This document shows positions 30,724 to 40,809 of a DNA stretch of 64,000 bases, piece after piece. A model generated the notes under the pieces. The model did not search any database and was not told the origin of the DNA. It saw only the letters and a program-made list of their open reading frames with translations. Both the position numbers and the translations under genes were made by a program. This DNA is from Rhodospirillales bacterium (GTDB taxonomy: Bacteria > Pseudomonadota > Alphaproteobacteria > JAJFIK01). Location: the NCBI GenBank assembly GCA_021775005.1, contig JAJFIK010000075.1:11086-75085 (forward strand). Direction: 5' to 3'. How positions within the stretch are numbered: the stretch's first letter is position 1; the number at the start of each line of letters is the position of its first letter.

Positions 30724-32024
30724 TTCCGTTCTAGCTTCGAGCGTATGAAGATCGCTGTAGCATTCATCATCAAAAGAAAACCCAGGAGAACAATAATTGC
30801 AGCGGCGGTGCGGCTGACAAAGCCAAGCTCGGGACTGTCAAACCACATAAAGATTTGTGTCGGCAGGGCGGTCGCCTGATCAAAAACACTGCCGGGCAAA
30901 TCAGTTGAGAACATATTCATGCCGATAAGAAGCAATGGCGCTGTCTCGCCCAGCGCAGCCGCCATGCCAATAATTGTGCCCGTAAGGATCCCCGGCATGG
31001 CCAGGGGCAGCACGTGATGCGTGACCACTTGCATCGGTGAGGCACCGATACCCATTGCTCCTTCGCGAATGGAAGGGGGCACAGCTTTTAAGGCCGCGCG
31101 GGTGGCAATGATGATTGTGGGCAGGGTCATCAAGGCAAGCACCATCCCGCCGACCAAGGGTGCTGATCGCGGCAATCCAAAAAAGTTCAGAAGAACGGCC
31201 AGTCCCAATAGACCGAAAACAATGGATGGCACGGCGGCGAGATTATTGATGTTCACCTCGATCATATACGTCAGCCAATTCTTTGGCGCGAACTCCTCAA
31301 GATAAATCGCCGTCCCGATGCCAATTGGAAACGATATGATGAGACAAACCATCAGCGCCATGGCGGAGCCTCTTAGTCCCGCGGCAAGACCCGCCATTTC
31401 TGGAAAGCGGCTATCCCCGTTCGTAAAAAGCCAGGTGTTGAACACGCGGCTGATGCGGCCCTCTGCGACGAGGCCGTCATACATCGCAATCTCATCATTG
31501 GTAATGCGGCGCATATCCTCTGGCGTATCGCGTCGCACGACGCCTTTCGCAAACTGATCAAAGGGATCGCTGAGCTGAACCGAAACACGGACACTTTGCC
31601 CCACCAAAGATGGGTCGGCGATGACTTGTTCTTCGATGGCCCCGCGCACCGCATTAAGCCCACCTCGGCTAAGGATATTGCGATAACGCTGGTCACGACG
31701 GCCTGTGGCGTCATCCGGATAAAGCGTTGCAACACCATCTTGGGCAAGACGCGTCCAATTGCTGTCTTCTAGATTTTCGAGATCAACATACTCAGTGCTA
31801 ATTGGTACATCGATTTCAGCAACGGTCTGACTGAAGGCCTTAAGGCCGATGCTCAGGATCGACCCCAGCAGCAACGCAAGCAGCCCCAAGGCAATGGCGA
31901 TGGCCACGATACCCCCCAGGCGCAATAAGGAGGCCCCCCGATGGCGGCGCTTCAAGCGGCCCTGTATCGCAGGATCATTCCAATTTGGCGCTGCCATGCC
32001 ATCCAGTGATTGGCGATCAGTCAT
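30717..32024 (-). CDS. pstA: phosphate ABC transporter permease PstA (long form)
   Basis: Polytopic permease with the EAA-like loop region. It overlaps pstB and pstC. Confidence 0.8.
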   Translation of the reverse strand: MTDRQSLDGMAAPNWNDPAIQGRLKRRHRGASLLRLGGIVAIAIALGLLALLLGSILSIGLKAFSQTVAEIDVPISTEYVDLENLEDSNWTRLAQDGVATLYPDDATGRRDQRYRNILSRGGLNAVRGAIEEQVIADPSLVGQSVRVSVQLSDPFDQFAKGVVRRDTPEDMRRITNDEIAMYDGLVAEGRISRVFNTWLFTNGDSRFPEMAGLAAGLRGSAMALMVCLIISFPIGIGTAIYLEEFAPKNWLTYMIEVNINNLAAVPSIVFGLLGLAVLLNFFGLPRSAPLVGGMVLALMTLPTIIIATRAALKAVPPSIREGAMGIGASPMQVVTHHVLPLAMPGILTGTIIGMAAALGETAPLLLIGMNMFSTDLPGSVFDQATALPTQIFMWFDSPELGFVSRTAAAIIVLLGFLLMMNATAIFIRSKLERKW

Positions 32025-33546
32025 AGCTTTCTCGATATTTTTGAACGATGCGAAGAGCCATGACGTTCAGCATCAATGTGAACACAAACAAGAAAAGCCC
32101 CAGGCCGAAGGCTGACAGCGTCTTGGGACTGTCAAACTCGCTGTCACCGATTAGCAATGTGACAATCTGAACCGTCACGGTGGTCACGCTGTCCAACGGG
32201 TTGATTGTCAGCGATGCGAAAATACCCGCCGCCATGACCACAATCATGGTTTCGCCAATGGCGCGGCTAACGGCCAGCAGCATTCCCCCAGCAATGCCGG
32301 GAAGGGCGGCGGGCAGAACCACCTGCAATACCGTTTCCGACTTGGTCGCCCCCAATGCTGTGGCACCGTCTTTCAAGGCTTGCGGCACCGCCCCGATGGC
32401 GTCGTCCGAAAGCGACGAAACAAAGGGGATGATCATGATCCCCATCACCAACCCGGCAGCCAGGGCCGAGCCCGGCGCCGTATCAAGACCCAGCATGTTT
32501 CCAAAGACGTTGCGAATTGCGGGAGCGATCACCAGTACAGCAAAAAAGCCGTACACAATCGTGGGCACCCCCGCGAGGATTTCCAGCATGGGCTTTACAA
32601 AACCTCGCACGCGGGTGCTGGCAAACTCCGAAAGATAAATGGCGGCGGGCAGCCCCAGTACCGAGGCCACGAATATGGCAATGCCGCTGATGAGGATGGT
32701 ACCGAGAAAAACAGGAACGGCACCAAACGCCCCAAGGGATGCCACTTGATCCGAACGGATCGCGACCTGCGGCTCCCAACGTGTTCCAAACAGAAACTCT
32801 GTCACCGGGACGTGTTGGAAAAAGCGCAGCGCCTCAAAGATCAATGAGCCGATGATGCCGATAGTGGTAAAGATGGCAATGGTTGAGCACGCAATCATCA
32901 GCCCGATGATAATACGCTCAACACCTTGCCGGGCCCGAAAAGCAACAGTGATCCTTGATCGCGAATAAGAAAGGCCAAGTAGCCCGATGGCGGCGATGAC
33001 GGCAATCTTTGCAAGTTCCGCAATGTGCATCCATGCGCCATAGCGCTCTGCCGCCGCCACCATGTAGTCAGCCGGTTCGCCAAAGCGAACGCCCGCAGCC
33101 AAGTTTTTTATCTCGCTGAGGAGCAGACTGATTTGATCAGAGCTTAAGCCGTCTAAAACTTCCGATGGCAGGGCGCTGATCGAAAGCTGGTCGATGATCG
33201 GCCCCTGCAACGCGACCCACAAAAGTAAAAGAACGAACGCCGGAAGCCCGGTCCACATGGCGACATAGGCCGTATGGTGATGGACCAGAGAATGCGCGCG
33301 TTCGGTCGCGGCTGCGCGGGCGTTGCGAATACGCCAATAGCCCGCACCTGCGCCGGCAACCGCCAAACTCGCTACGGTCAGCGCAGGCCAAAAACCCAGC
33401 AGCGTCATGGCAATGCCCAGGCCGGCCGCCATAACAACAGCAATCACGGCCAAATGCAGCCCAAGCCGCGCGGCCTTATTACCTGCAGAGATCGTTGATT
33501 TTTTTGAAACTGAAGGGACCCTCTGGCCCATTTGCCCCTGCCCCAC
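32017..33546 (-). CDS. pstC: phosphate ABC transporter permease PstC (long form)
   Basis: Polytopic permease of 509 aa, positioned between pstS and pstA. Confidence 0.8.
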   Translation of the reverse strand: MGQGQMGQRVPSVSKKSTISAGNKAARLGLHLAVIAVVMAAGLGIAMTLLGFWPALTVASLAVAGAGAGYWRIRNARAAATERAHSLVHHHTAYVAMWTGLPAFVLLLLWVALQGPIIDQLSISALPSEVLDGLSSDQISLLLSEIKNLAAGVRFGEPADYMVAAAERYGAWMHIAELAKIAVIAAIGLLGLSYSRSRITVAFRARQGVERIIIGLMIACSTIAIFTTIGIIGSLIFEALRFFQHVPVTEFLFGTRWEPQVAIRSDQVASLGAFGAVPVFLGTILISGIAIFVASVLGLPAAIYLSEFASTRVRGFVKPMLEILAGVPTIVYGFFAVLVIAPAIRNVFGNMLGLDTAPGSALAAGLVMGIMIIPFVSSLSDDAIGAVPQALKDGATALGATKSETVLQVVLPAALPGIAGGMLLAVSRAIGETMIVVMAAGIFASLTINPLDSVTTVTVQIVTLLIGDSEFDSPKTLSAFGLGLFLFVFTLMLNVMALRIVQKYRESYD

Positions 33547-33593
33547 TTCAATGGGCCAATGCCCAAGTTTTCTATTCCGGGAGATACGACGAT

Positions 33594-33614
33594 TCCATGA
33601 ACCTTTGATGACAC
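33594..33614 (-). promoter_or_regulatory. Pho box-like direct repeat (TGTCATCAAAGGTTCATGGAA on the - strand) upstream of pstC
   Basis: A 21-mer identical to the element upstream of pstS. It reads TGTCAT-N5-GTTCAT with 11-bp periodicity, 48-68 nt upstream of the pstC start. Confidence 0.55.
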
Positions 33615-33639
33615 GATGCCAGGGGCCTGAAAGCGCTTC

Positions 33640-33680
33640 GGAAAAGAGATTACCGGCGAACCGTGTTGGGGTCCGCCGGT
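33640..33680 (-). terminator. possible partial terminator/attenuator hairpin after pstS
   Basis: A 7-bp stem ACCGGCG/CGCCGGT with a 15-nt loop, followed on the - strand by a T-containing stretch. The call is weak. Confidence 0.25.
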
Positions 33681-33702
33681 GACATCAATTTGTTGGTTAA
33701 GC

Positions 33703-34773
33703 CTAGTTGCTGATGTAGCGCGTCATTCCTGCGCCATTCATCGCTTCCGCATGCTCCTCGGCACGGGCCGCATCTGAGAGAGCAACAAGCCCCCGTTCCA
33801 CCAGAAAACCATCCGGGCCGAATGTGTCTTCGCTGGTGTAAAGCGCGAGATATTCTTCAAGGCCTGGCGTGACACCGCGGTGGCCGTTCTTCACATACAC
33901 AAAGAGCGGACGCGACACGGTGTAAGATCCATCGCCGATCGCCGCCTGGCTTGGCGCCACGCCTTCCACTGTCACCGCTTGCAGGGCGCTAAGATTTTCA
34001 TAGAGGAACGAATAGCCAAAGATGCCATAGGCTGTCGGGTCAGCATTGAGACGTTGAACAATCAAGTTGTCGTTCTCGCCTGCTTCGATGAACTTGCCGT
34101 CGGTACGCATACGCTGGCAAACTTCTTCCATGCGGCCTTCTTCAAGGGCTTCAACTTCTGAAAACGACTCGCAGCCTTCTTCCATCACCAGCTCAACCCA
34201 CGCATCGCGGGTGCCGGACGTGGGCGGAGGGCCAAAAACCTGGATTTCCACGTCCGGGAACGATGCGTCGATCTCACTCCACCGCTCATAGGGATTGGCG
34301 GCAATCTGGCCGTTCACGGGTACTTCGGCTGCGAGGGCCAAAAATAGTTGTGCCCGGCTGATGTCAAAGCTTTCACCTTGACGCGAAACTGAAAGCGAAA
34401 TGCCGTCCGAGCCAATTTGGAGTTCGGTAATGTCGGTAACGCCGTTGTTCTGGCAGTTATCCCATTCGGATTGTTTCATAGCGCGGGATGCGCGGGTGAT
34501 GTCCGGGTAAGCCAATCCAAGCCCGCCGCAGAAGAGGCGCATGCCCCCGCCGGTTCCCGTCGATTCAATGGAAGGTGATGAGAAACCATCCGTATAACTG
34601 AATTCTTCAGCAACAGCCTGGCTGTAGGGAAACACTGTTGAGGAACCAACACTCCACACATTATCGCGCGGGGACTGCGCCAACGCTGAAGTCGAGGAGG
34701 CGACAGTCATAACCGCCAACGCGGCGAAAGCTGTCCATTGTCGGGTTGTAGTCATGGTGAAATAATTCTCCAC
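33703..34773 (-). CDS. pstS: phosphate ABC transporter substrate-binding protein PstS
   Basis: Signal peptide plus the PstS-family periplasmic binding fold. It is the first gene of the pst operon. Confidence 0.85.
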   Translation of the reverse strand: MENYFTMTTTRQWTAFAALAVMTVASSTSALAQSPRDNVWSVGSSTVFPYSQAVAEEFSYTDGFSSPSIESTGTGGGMRLFCGGLGLAYPDITRASRAMKQSEWDNCQNNGVTDITELQIGSDGISLSVSRQGESFDISRAQLFLALAAEVPVNGQIAANPYERWSEIDASFPDVEIQVFGPPPTSGTRDAWVELVMEEGCESFSEVEALEEGRMEEVCQRMRTDGKFIEAGENDNLIVQRLNADPTAYGIFGYSFLYENLSALQAVTVEGVAPSQAAIGDGSYTVSRPLFVYVKNGHRGVTPGLEEYLALYTSEDTFGPDGFLVERGLVALSDAARAEEHAEAMNGAGMTRYISN

Positions 34774-34852
34774 ATCATTGGCCCCTGCACCTTGATTGGT
34801 CAGCCGGGCATGACGCGCTTATGGGTCAGGTTTGCTGCGGAGTTGCGACGCT

Positions 34853-34873
34853 TCCATGAACCTTTGATGACAG
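34853..34873 (-). promoter_or_regulatory. Pho box-like direct repeat upstream of pstS
   Basis: The same 21-mer, TTCCATGAACCTTTGATGACA on the + strand, 80-100 nt upstream of the pstS start. Confidence 0.55.
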
Positions 34874-34933
34874 CGATCATGTTGCTGGTTTTGTTGGGGG
34901 AATTTCAATATTTGGAGATGTCTGAGGCTGAAA

Positions 34934-36238
34934 TCAGTCCGATGATTCGGCCGAAAATACGGGAATCACTACGGAGAACGTACTGCCTTTCCCCAGCGTG
35001 CTTTGAATGGAAAATTCGCCTCGGTGCCGGGCTACTATATGTTTTACGATTGCTAAACCCAGCCCTGTTCCGCCGCTGGTACGGGATTGGTTTTCGTCAA
35101 CCCGATAAAAGCGCTCGGTCAGTCGGGGAATATGTTCGCGCGCGATTCCGGGGCCGTGATCGGTAACGTCCACGCGAATCGCTTCCTCGTCACTTTCGTC
35201 CTGAACTTTGTGTTCGAGATAAACCGATACTTCGACGCGGTTGTTGCTACCACCATATTTCACCGCATTCATAATCAGGTTCTGGAACACCTGAAACATT
35301 TGGTCACGAGAAGCCAGCATGTTCGGCAGATCTTCCTCCGTGTGGAAAGCAATGCTCACCTTGCGCTCCTCGGCAACCGGCCTGACATTGGAAATGACCT
35401 CGGTGATCACCTCGTTTGTTTGAACGGTGTCGGAAGGTGGCACATGTTCATCAAGCTCAATGCGGCTCAAGGACAAGAGATCATCCACCAGCCGGCCCAT
35501 GCGCGTGGACTGCTTTTGCATAATTTCAAGAAACTTCTCGCGCGCTTCTTCATCATCGCGCGCAGGACCTTGCAGAGTTTCTATGAATCCAGCCAAAGAC
35601 GTCAGTGGTGTTTTTAGTTCGTGGCTTACATTGGCGATGAAATCCACGCGCATCTGGTCCACTCGTCGCGCCGCGGTCAAATCATGCAAAATGATCAACA
35701 CAAAAAGCCGCAGATCATCGCCCTTGCCAATCTGCATGGGAAGGCAATGGGCATGGGAATGGCTTTCCGTGGCCCCCGGCGTTTCAAACTCGACGGTTTC
35801 CGCCTCGCCACCATCATAAATCCGGGCGACCGCATCCAGTACCGCCGGTGTCCGCATCACCGCAGAGAGGATGCGGCCCGGCGCGGCATTGGCTATCGAT
35901 TGGTGGATATCTGCGTTTGATAAAACAACACGGCCATCCCCATCGAGAACAATCAGCGGATCGGGAAACTGCAAAAGAACGGCGCCTGCAACCTCATTCA
36001 CATGCGCCGCGGATCCCTCATCTTCGTCTTGCTTTGCAGCTGAGAAAATTCTACGGCTCTTGGATACCTGCAAAACGAAGGTAAGTGCCGAGAGGCCTAC
36101 AGCGCTGATAAGCAATGGCAGAAACGGCAACGCAGCAATCCAATAAAGGCCCAGATGCGCTGCGACTATGGCCCCGATCAAGAGCCACTCCCGTTGGAAA
36201 ATCGCATCCCGAAGAATGTTTTGCTTTGACTGTGCCGC
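34934..36238 (-). CDS. phoR: phosphate regulon sensor histidine kinase PhoR
   Basis: TM region, PAS, HisKA (VSHELKTPL) and HATPase. The start was chosen at MAAQSKQNIL; the ORF extends to 36424. Confidence 0.8.
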   Translation of the reverse strand, partial: AAQSKQNILRDAIFQREWLLIGAIVAAHLGLYWIAALPFLPLLISAVGLSALTFVLQVSKSRRIFSAAKQDEDEGSAAHVNEVAGAVLLQFPDPLIVLDGDGRVVLSNADIHQSIANAAPGRILSAVMRTPAVLDAVARIYDGGEAETVEFETPGATESHSHAHCLPMQIGKGDDLRLFVLIILHDLTAARRVDQMRVDFIANVSHELKTPLTSLAGFIETLQGPARDDEEAREKFLEIMQKQSTRMGRLVDDLLSLSRIELDEHVPPSDTVQTNEVITEVISNVRPVAEERKVSIAFHTEEDLPNMLASRDQMFQVFQNLIMNAVKYGGSNNRVEVSVYLEHKVQDESDEEAIRVDVTDHGPGIAREHIPRLTERFYRVDENQSRTSGGTGLGLAIVKHIVARHRGEFSIQSTLGKGSTFSVVIPVFSAESSD

Positions 36239-36371
36239 CATGCGCGTTGCCCGATGGCCCCTTGGTTTGAACCGCGCCGAATGGTGCGCCTTCATTCCTT
36301 GATAGCGGATTTCGCGAGCAGTGGCATCCCTTTTGCGCCAAATCGTCATTGGGTACTTGCCGTCTAGCCCA

Positions 36372-36405
36372 CAAAAAAGGAGGCGACCTGATACGCAGGC
36401 CGCCC
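36372..36405 (-). terminator. rho-independent terminator after the porin gene
   Basis: On the - strand: stem GGCGGCCTG...CAGGTCGCC followed by TCCTTTTTTGTG. Confidence 0.6.
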
Positions 36406-36432
36406 CTTCGCGAGGGTCATCCAAGTAGGGGC

Positions 36433-37593
36433 TTAGAAGACCAAACTATTTTCGATAAAGACTGCGGTTCCATCGAATTCATCTCGCACGGAATAAACAC
36501 CTGGATCTAGCTCGTAATAGTCACCATCAAGGGTCGTTATGCCAAAGCCAATTTGCATCCCAGGACCGTAGGCATAGGTCACACCGGCAATCAAACTTTG
36601 CGCCTCACGATCCATGTAGACGTCATCGCCATTATCGTAGGCGCTCCACTCGCGATCACCATAAGCAACGTTGAAAGACCAGGGACCTGTCTCATACGAT
36701 ACACCCACATCAAAACTGGTGTCGTCCTGATTAGAAGCATCGTCACCCAAGGTGGTCGAATCTTTGTAAGATCCCCCTAGGGTAAAACCGCCAAAGGCAA
36801 TCTGTGCTCCCAATGTCCACTCAGAGGGATCTTCATAGCCCGGGCCTTGTTCGCCTTGGCCGTAGCCACCCGAAAGGCCAAGGGCGACATTGTTTAGATC
36901 AATCTCCCATGTTCCAGATACTTCCCAATAGTTCCGGGCATACTCGGTCGTAACGCAGCCGGAAAACCCTGTGTCGTTTTTGCATGGGTTAGGGGTATAG
37001 GAAAATCCAAGCTGTAGTCCATTCATCTCAGGCGTGAAATAAATGAGCTTGATATCATCGCTTGAAAAGTCACCAACCGTGTCGATCGGATTGCGAAATC
37101 CGATAGGCCCGAACGGATCCAGATCCGCGTCGCTATGACCGTGTTCCTTGAAGATCAACGGTGCCACAACCGCCATCTGATCCATCGCGCCATCGTTTTG
37201 ACCAAACTGAAGGCGGCCAAAGCCACCGTCGAGCTGGATGTAAACTTCATCGATGGAATCTGCGTCGCCATCAACATCAGCATCATCTTCCAGTTCCAGC
37301 TCCGCCTTGAAGGAAACCCTCAAGCCGTTATCGAGTGTGGTCGAGCCACGGAAATGAACTTCTGAATCTGAACCAAAGTTGATTTCGTTATAGTCACCGA
37401 CAAGATCGTCCGAAAAATTGTTCATCGGATCTACTAAATCAGTGAACTGTTCCGTCCCGCTCACATCCGTGTAGGAGATACCGCCCACGTGATAACCACG
37501 CACGGTCAATTGAATCGGTTCTGCCGCAGCAGCCGGAAGAGCAATGGCCGCGACGGCGACCAATGCTGTTGTCCCTAGAAGTAGGTGTTTCAT
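36433..37593 (-). CDS. outer-membrane porin (beta-barrel, C-terminal F), possibly Pho-regulated
   Basis: Signal peptide MKHLLLGTTALVAVAAIALPAAA, a Gly/Asp/Tyr-rich beta-barrel-like sequence and a terminal F. RBS GGGAAATGAGGGG. The ORF extends to 37641. Confidence 0.7.
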   Translation of the reverse strand: MKHLLLGTTALVAVAAIALPAAAAEPIQLTVRGYHVGGISYTDVSGTEQFTDLVDPMNNFSDDLVGDYNEINFGSDSEVHFRGSTTLDNGLRVSFKAELELEDDADVDGDADSIDEVYIQLDGGFGRLQFGQNDGAMDQMAVVAPLIFKEHGHSDADLDPFGPIGFRNPIDTVGDFSSDDIKLIYFTPEMNGLQLGFSYTPNPCKNDTGFSGCVTTEYARNYWEVSGTWEIDLNNVALGLSGGYGQGEQGPGYEDPSEWTLGAQIAFGGFTLGGSYKDSTTLGDDASNQDDTSFDVGVSYETGPWSFNVAYGDREWSAYDNGDDVYMDREAQSLIAGVTYAYGPGMQIGFGITTLDGDYYELDPGVYSVRDEFDGTAVFIENSLVF

Positions 37594-37703
37594 AAGCCCC
37601 TCATTTCCCTTTTTGGAATTGTATTCTGGCTGCCTCGCCAAATTTGCCCTAGGCGATGGCCTCCGTTAGCAATTCGTTAATAGGCCGTCCGCATTTCAGT
37701 TTT

Positions 37704-37720
37704 GTGACGCTTGCATGACG
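37704..37720 (-). promoter_or_regulatory. Pho-box-like direct repeat CGTCAT-N5-CGTCAC upstream of the porin gene
   Basis: 11-bp periodicity, about 110 nt upstream of the porin start. The call is weaker than for the pst boxes. Confidence 0.3.
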
Positions 37721-37904
37721 TTTGTGAAATGCAGGCGAAATTACATCTGAAGTTGCCCCTCTCACTGCCCATGGGAGATCATTGGAAGCGGGATTCCGGC
37801 GGATTCGCGGTGCAATCCCCTGAAGTGTGAAACCCGCTGACCGCCACCCTGCCGTTGAACCAAGCTGCCGAACACTTGGCAAGTGATGGCAAGTTCTGGT
37901 CCTG

Positions 37905-38303
37905 TCAGCGGCAGGCAGCGGTTCCATAAGGTGCTGTCAGACTAAAGTGAACGGGTCTCCAAAATCTAAAGTAATCTCGAGACAATGCGCCAAGTTGACG
38001 CCATTCAGCCAAGGCTGTCGCGCGAGCTGATTTGAATGCTATTCGATGATTCAGATGGCGGTCATGATTGCAATGATTGTGTACGGACGAATGGATAGAG
38101 ATAAATTTCTGAAGCGACTTGCCGCTTCGAAACTTTGCCATCGCTCGCTCTCGTCGGCGGAAGGGCTGGTGCGCATTCTCCGCCCTGTTGTTATACCACC
38201 GTCCTGTTTCCTGGGCTTTCTCGTTACCGATAATCTTCAAGGCAGCGCGGTATGATCTAAACAGGCCGATCGCAATCGTTTTTGGTTGGCCGTACCGTTT
38301 CAT
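37905..38303 (-). pseudogene. IS6-family transposase C-terminal fragment (remnant)
   Basis: RSYRAALKIIGN...WYNNRAENAHQPFRRRERAMAKFRS...FISIHSSVHNH matches the IS6 (IS26-like) C-terminal pattern NNxxExxHxxxxRR...FKS. The N-terminal ~125 aa are missing. GC is locally lower. Confidence 0.6.
37930..37960. repeat. 31-bp repeat GGTGCTGTCAGACTAAAGTGAACGGGTCTCC (copy A)
   Basis: 32/35 identity to copy B at 40090..40120 in the same orientation. It sits at the 3' end of the IS6 fragment and begins GGTGCTGT, reminiscent of the IS6 IR GGCACTGTT. Confidence 0.55.
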
Positions 38304-38361
38304 AGCTTTCTTCAGAACCTTGAGAGCTGCCCATCACGCCACTCTGTTTATGCACGGCTCT

Positions 38362-40017
38362 TCACCTGGATGGTGGCAGTGCGCGATCCACAAGCGCTCT
38401 CGTTTCGATGCCATCGGGCAATGTGCCGTAGCAATCACCGCTACTCCCCGCGAGCCGGGTAGCGATATATGCATCTGCGATGAAGCCCGGACATCCCTCC
38501 AAAAGGATTGCGGCGGCAGCGAGTTTTGCAAGATCCTCCGTCAAGCGGCGGCAGCCGGCTTCACTCGCGGCATGCAATTGTTCCTTTACGCGGATCCACA
38601 TGGCATCAAAGTCTGAATGGCTTCCACGATGTTGGGCGAGCTCCTCCATCACCAGCTCGACCGCCTCCGGCTCGCGCTCCAAGACGCGCAAAACGTCAAG
38701 GCACATGACGGTGCCGGAGCCTTCCCAGATGGCATTGACCGGCATGTCGCGATAGATGCGCGCCATAAGTCCTGATTCCACATAGCCGTTGCCGCCCCAC
38801 ACCTCGATCGCTTCATAAGCCAGATTGGGTCCGCGCTTGGTCACCCAATACTTGATGGTCGGCGTCATCAATCGGAGATAGGCCGCCTCATGTTCGGAGG
38901 ATTGCCAACACTCCTGCGCACGGCAGAGGCGCAACGAGAGGGCGGTCGCGGCTTCGGATTCCAATGCCAAATCGGCGAGGACTGCACCCATTGCAGGCTG
39001 GTCCACAAGCGTCTTTTGAAACACCCGACGCCCGCGCGCATGATTTATGGCTTGCGCCACGGCTTGACGCATCAAACCTGCGGAGCCGAGCGCGCAATCG
39101 ATGCGGGTTAGATTGGCCATCACCATAATATTCGGTATGCCGCGACCTTCCTCCCCGATCAAAACCCCATAGGCGTCCCGAAACTGAACTTCGGACGAGG
39201 CGTTGGAGCGGTTGCCCAGCTTGTCTTTCAGCCTGACAAAATGAATGTTGTTGATCTCTCCGTCAGGGCCAAAGCGCGGGACAAGAAAAACTGAAAGGCC
39301 TGATGGGGCTTGCGCAAGAACAAGAAACGCATCGCACATGGGCGCGGACATAAACCACTTGTGCCCTGTAATGCGATAAGCAGCACCTGAGCCGCCGGCA
39401 CCTTCGGGTGTCGCGCGCGTTGTGTTGGAGCGAACGTCTGTTCCCCCTTGAACCTCCGTCATCCCCATGCCAAGCGTAACACCGGCCTTTTGGACATGCG
39501 GTTTTAACTCACCATCGTAATTGCGATTGATGACCTTGGGCAGCCATGTCTGAGCAAGGGATGGTTCGAGCTTAAGAGTGGGGATGGCTGCATGCGTCAT
39601 CGTAATGGGGCAGATGTGCCCACCTTCCACCTGTGACATGAGAAATAGCTTTGCCCCGCGCGCCACATGGGAACCCGGAGCTGCGCTCGCTTCGAAGCTC
39701 TGACAATGAATGCCCGCTCTTTTGCTCACTTCCATGAGGCGGTGATAAGCGGGATGAAACTCAACCGTGTCACTGCGCTGTCCGAAGCGATCAAGACTAT
39801 GGAGTGAGGGTGTGTGTGTATTAGCCTGCCGCCCCAGCTCATACATCGCCGCCGTTCCGACCTCCGCGCCGAAAGCCGTCAGCTCCTGTTCATACGTACT
39901 TGCCCCTTCGCGGGCGACGGCGGCCTGTAGCGCGGCATCGCTCGTATAGAGGTTCACATCTTCAAAGGTGGGAGGCTGGTTGAAAACCTCGTGCGTATCG
40001 AACTCGTCGATGGGCAT
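38362..40017 (-). CDS. aidB: AidB-like acyl-CoA dehydrogenase family protein
   Basis: The N-terminus HEVFNQPPTFEDVNLYTSDAALQAAVAREGA resembles E. coli AidB. An ACAD core follows, total 551 aa. Confidence 0.7.
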   Translation of the reverse strand: MPIDEFDTHEVFNQPPTFEDVNLYTSDAALQAAVAREGASTYEQELTAFGAEVGTAAMYELGRQANTHTPSLHSLDRFGQRSDTVEFHPAYHRLMEVSKRAGIHCQSFEASAAPGSHVARGAKLFLMSQVEGGHICPITMTHAAIPTLKLEPSLAQTWLPKVINRNYDGELKPHVQKAGVTLGMGMTEVQGGTDVRSNTTRATPEGAGGSGAAYRITGHKWFMSAPMCDAFLVLAQAPSGLSVFLVPRFGPDGEINNIHFVRLKDKLGNRSNASSEVQFRDAYGVLIGEEGRGIPNIMVMANLTRIDCALGSAGLMRQAVAQAINHARGRRVFQKTLVDQPAMGAVLADLALESEAATALSLRLCRAQECWQSSEHEAAYLRLMTPTIKYWVTKRGPNLAYEAIEVWGGNGYVESGLMARIYRDMPVNAIWEGSGTVMCLDVLRVLEREPEAVELVMEELAQHRGSHSDFDAMWIRVKEQLHAASEAGCRRLTEDLAKLAAAAILLEGCPGFIADAYIATRLAGSSGDCYGTLPDGIETRALVDRALPPSR

Positions 40018-40089
40018 GGAAGGCCTCCTTGGCTTGCCGATGGCAGCAAACTGTAGCTTAGACCACCACGAGACATTCGTCCAAGCGAC

Positions 40090-40120
40090 GGTGCTGTCAG
40101 ACCAAAGCGAACCGGTCTCC
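40090..40120. repeat. 31-bp repeat (copy B) in the aidB promoter region
   Basis: GGTGCTGTCAGACCAAAGCGAACCGGTCTCC, a direct repeat of copy A. Confidence 0.55.
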
Positions 40121-40156
40121 TCTGACCATGCCTCACCACCCGTTTATGCCTTCGTC

Positions 40157-40687
40157 CTACCCTTCGTTGAAGAAGGGATCGGGGATGGCAGGGTTCCTAA
40201 GCTTTGCTGCGGCTCCAGCGCCGGAGACCGGGAGGCCTGCCGGGTCAAGGAGCCCGATCTGGACCAGAACATTCGCCTGGTCCCACATGATATGCTCATA
40301 GCTGACTTTGCCCTCGTCAATGCCAACGATCACCACAAAGACCACTTCGACAAATTTGCCGGTGGGTTTGATACCGGGAAGCATCCAATCGATCGTTGTC
40401 GTGTGGGTAAAGGAAATCACCAGTTCGTCGACGAGCTGCTCCTCGCTATAGGTGCGCGAGATCGTTTCAAATTTTACGTCAGGCGGGAAAAACTGACCGA
40501 CCAGCCGCTTTGAATAAAACGTTCGCACAGCGCCCGGCCCCTGCCCTCCCACCATTGTGGGTACATTTACGATGTGCGGGTTGGGCGACATAGTGGCCAG
40601 CGTCTTGTCGAGGTCGCCGGCGAGTTCGGCGTCCATATGGGCACCGAAGATGGCGTCGAGTTTTTCGATAAGGGCAGGGTCGGTCAT
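40157..40687 (-). CDS. SnoaL-like/NTF2-like domain protein
   Basis: About 176 aa. The start was chosen at MTDPALIEKL. The ORF extends to 40771. Confidence 0.45.
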   Translation of the reverse strand: MTDPALIEKLDAIFGAHMDAELAGDLDKTLATMSPNPHIVNVPTMVGGQGPGAVRTFYSKRLVGQFFPPDVKFETISRTYSEEQLVDELVISFTHTTTIDWMLPGIKPTGKFVEVVFVVIVGIDEGKVSYEHIMWDQANVLVQIGLLDPAGLPVSGAGAAAKLRNPAIPDPFFNEG

Positions 40688-40809
40688 TGAAAATATCCCC
40701 CTAAAATTGCAAGCACTTGTCACACGTGGTGCCCCGAGCCTAGCACCAATTCTGTACAGCGCACAGCACACACCTGCCCCTTCAGAATTAGATCTAGCGT
40801 AGTCCTGGC

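Noticed and set aside
33407-33682. ORFs 33407..33682 and 34738..35166 sharing the peptide RRFHEPLMT
   Set aside because: This is a translation artefact of the duplicated Pho-box 21-mer. Both lie in pst intergenic promoter regions.
37649-37927. 92-aa ORF between the porin gene and the IS6 fragment
   Set aside because: It lies in the promoter/5' region of the porin and overlaps the 31-bp repeat. There is no homology signal, so it is probably spurious.
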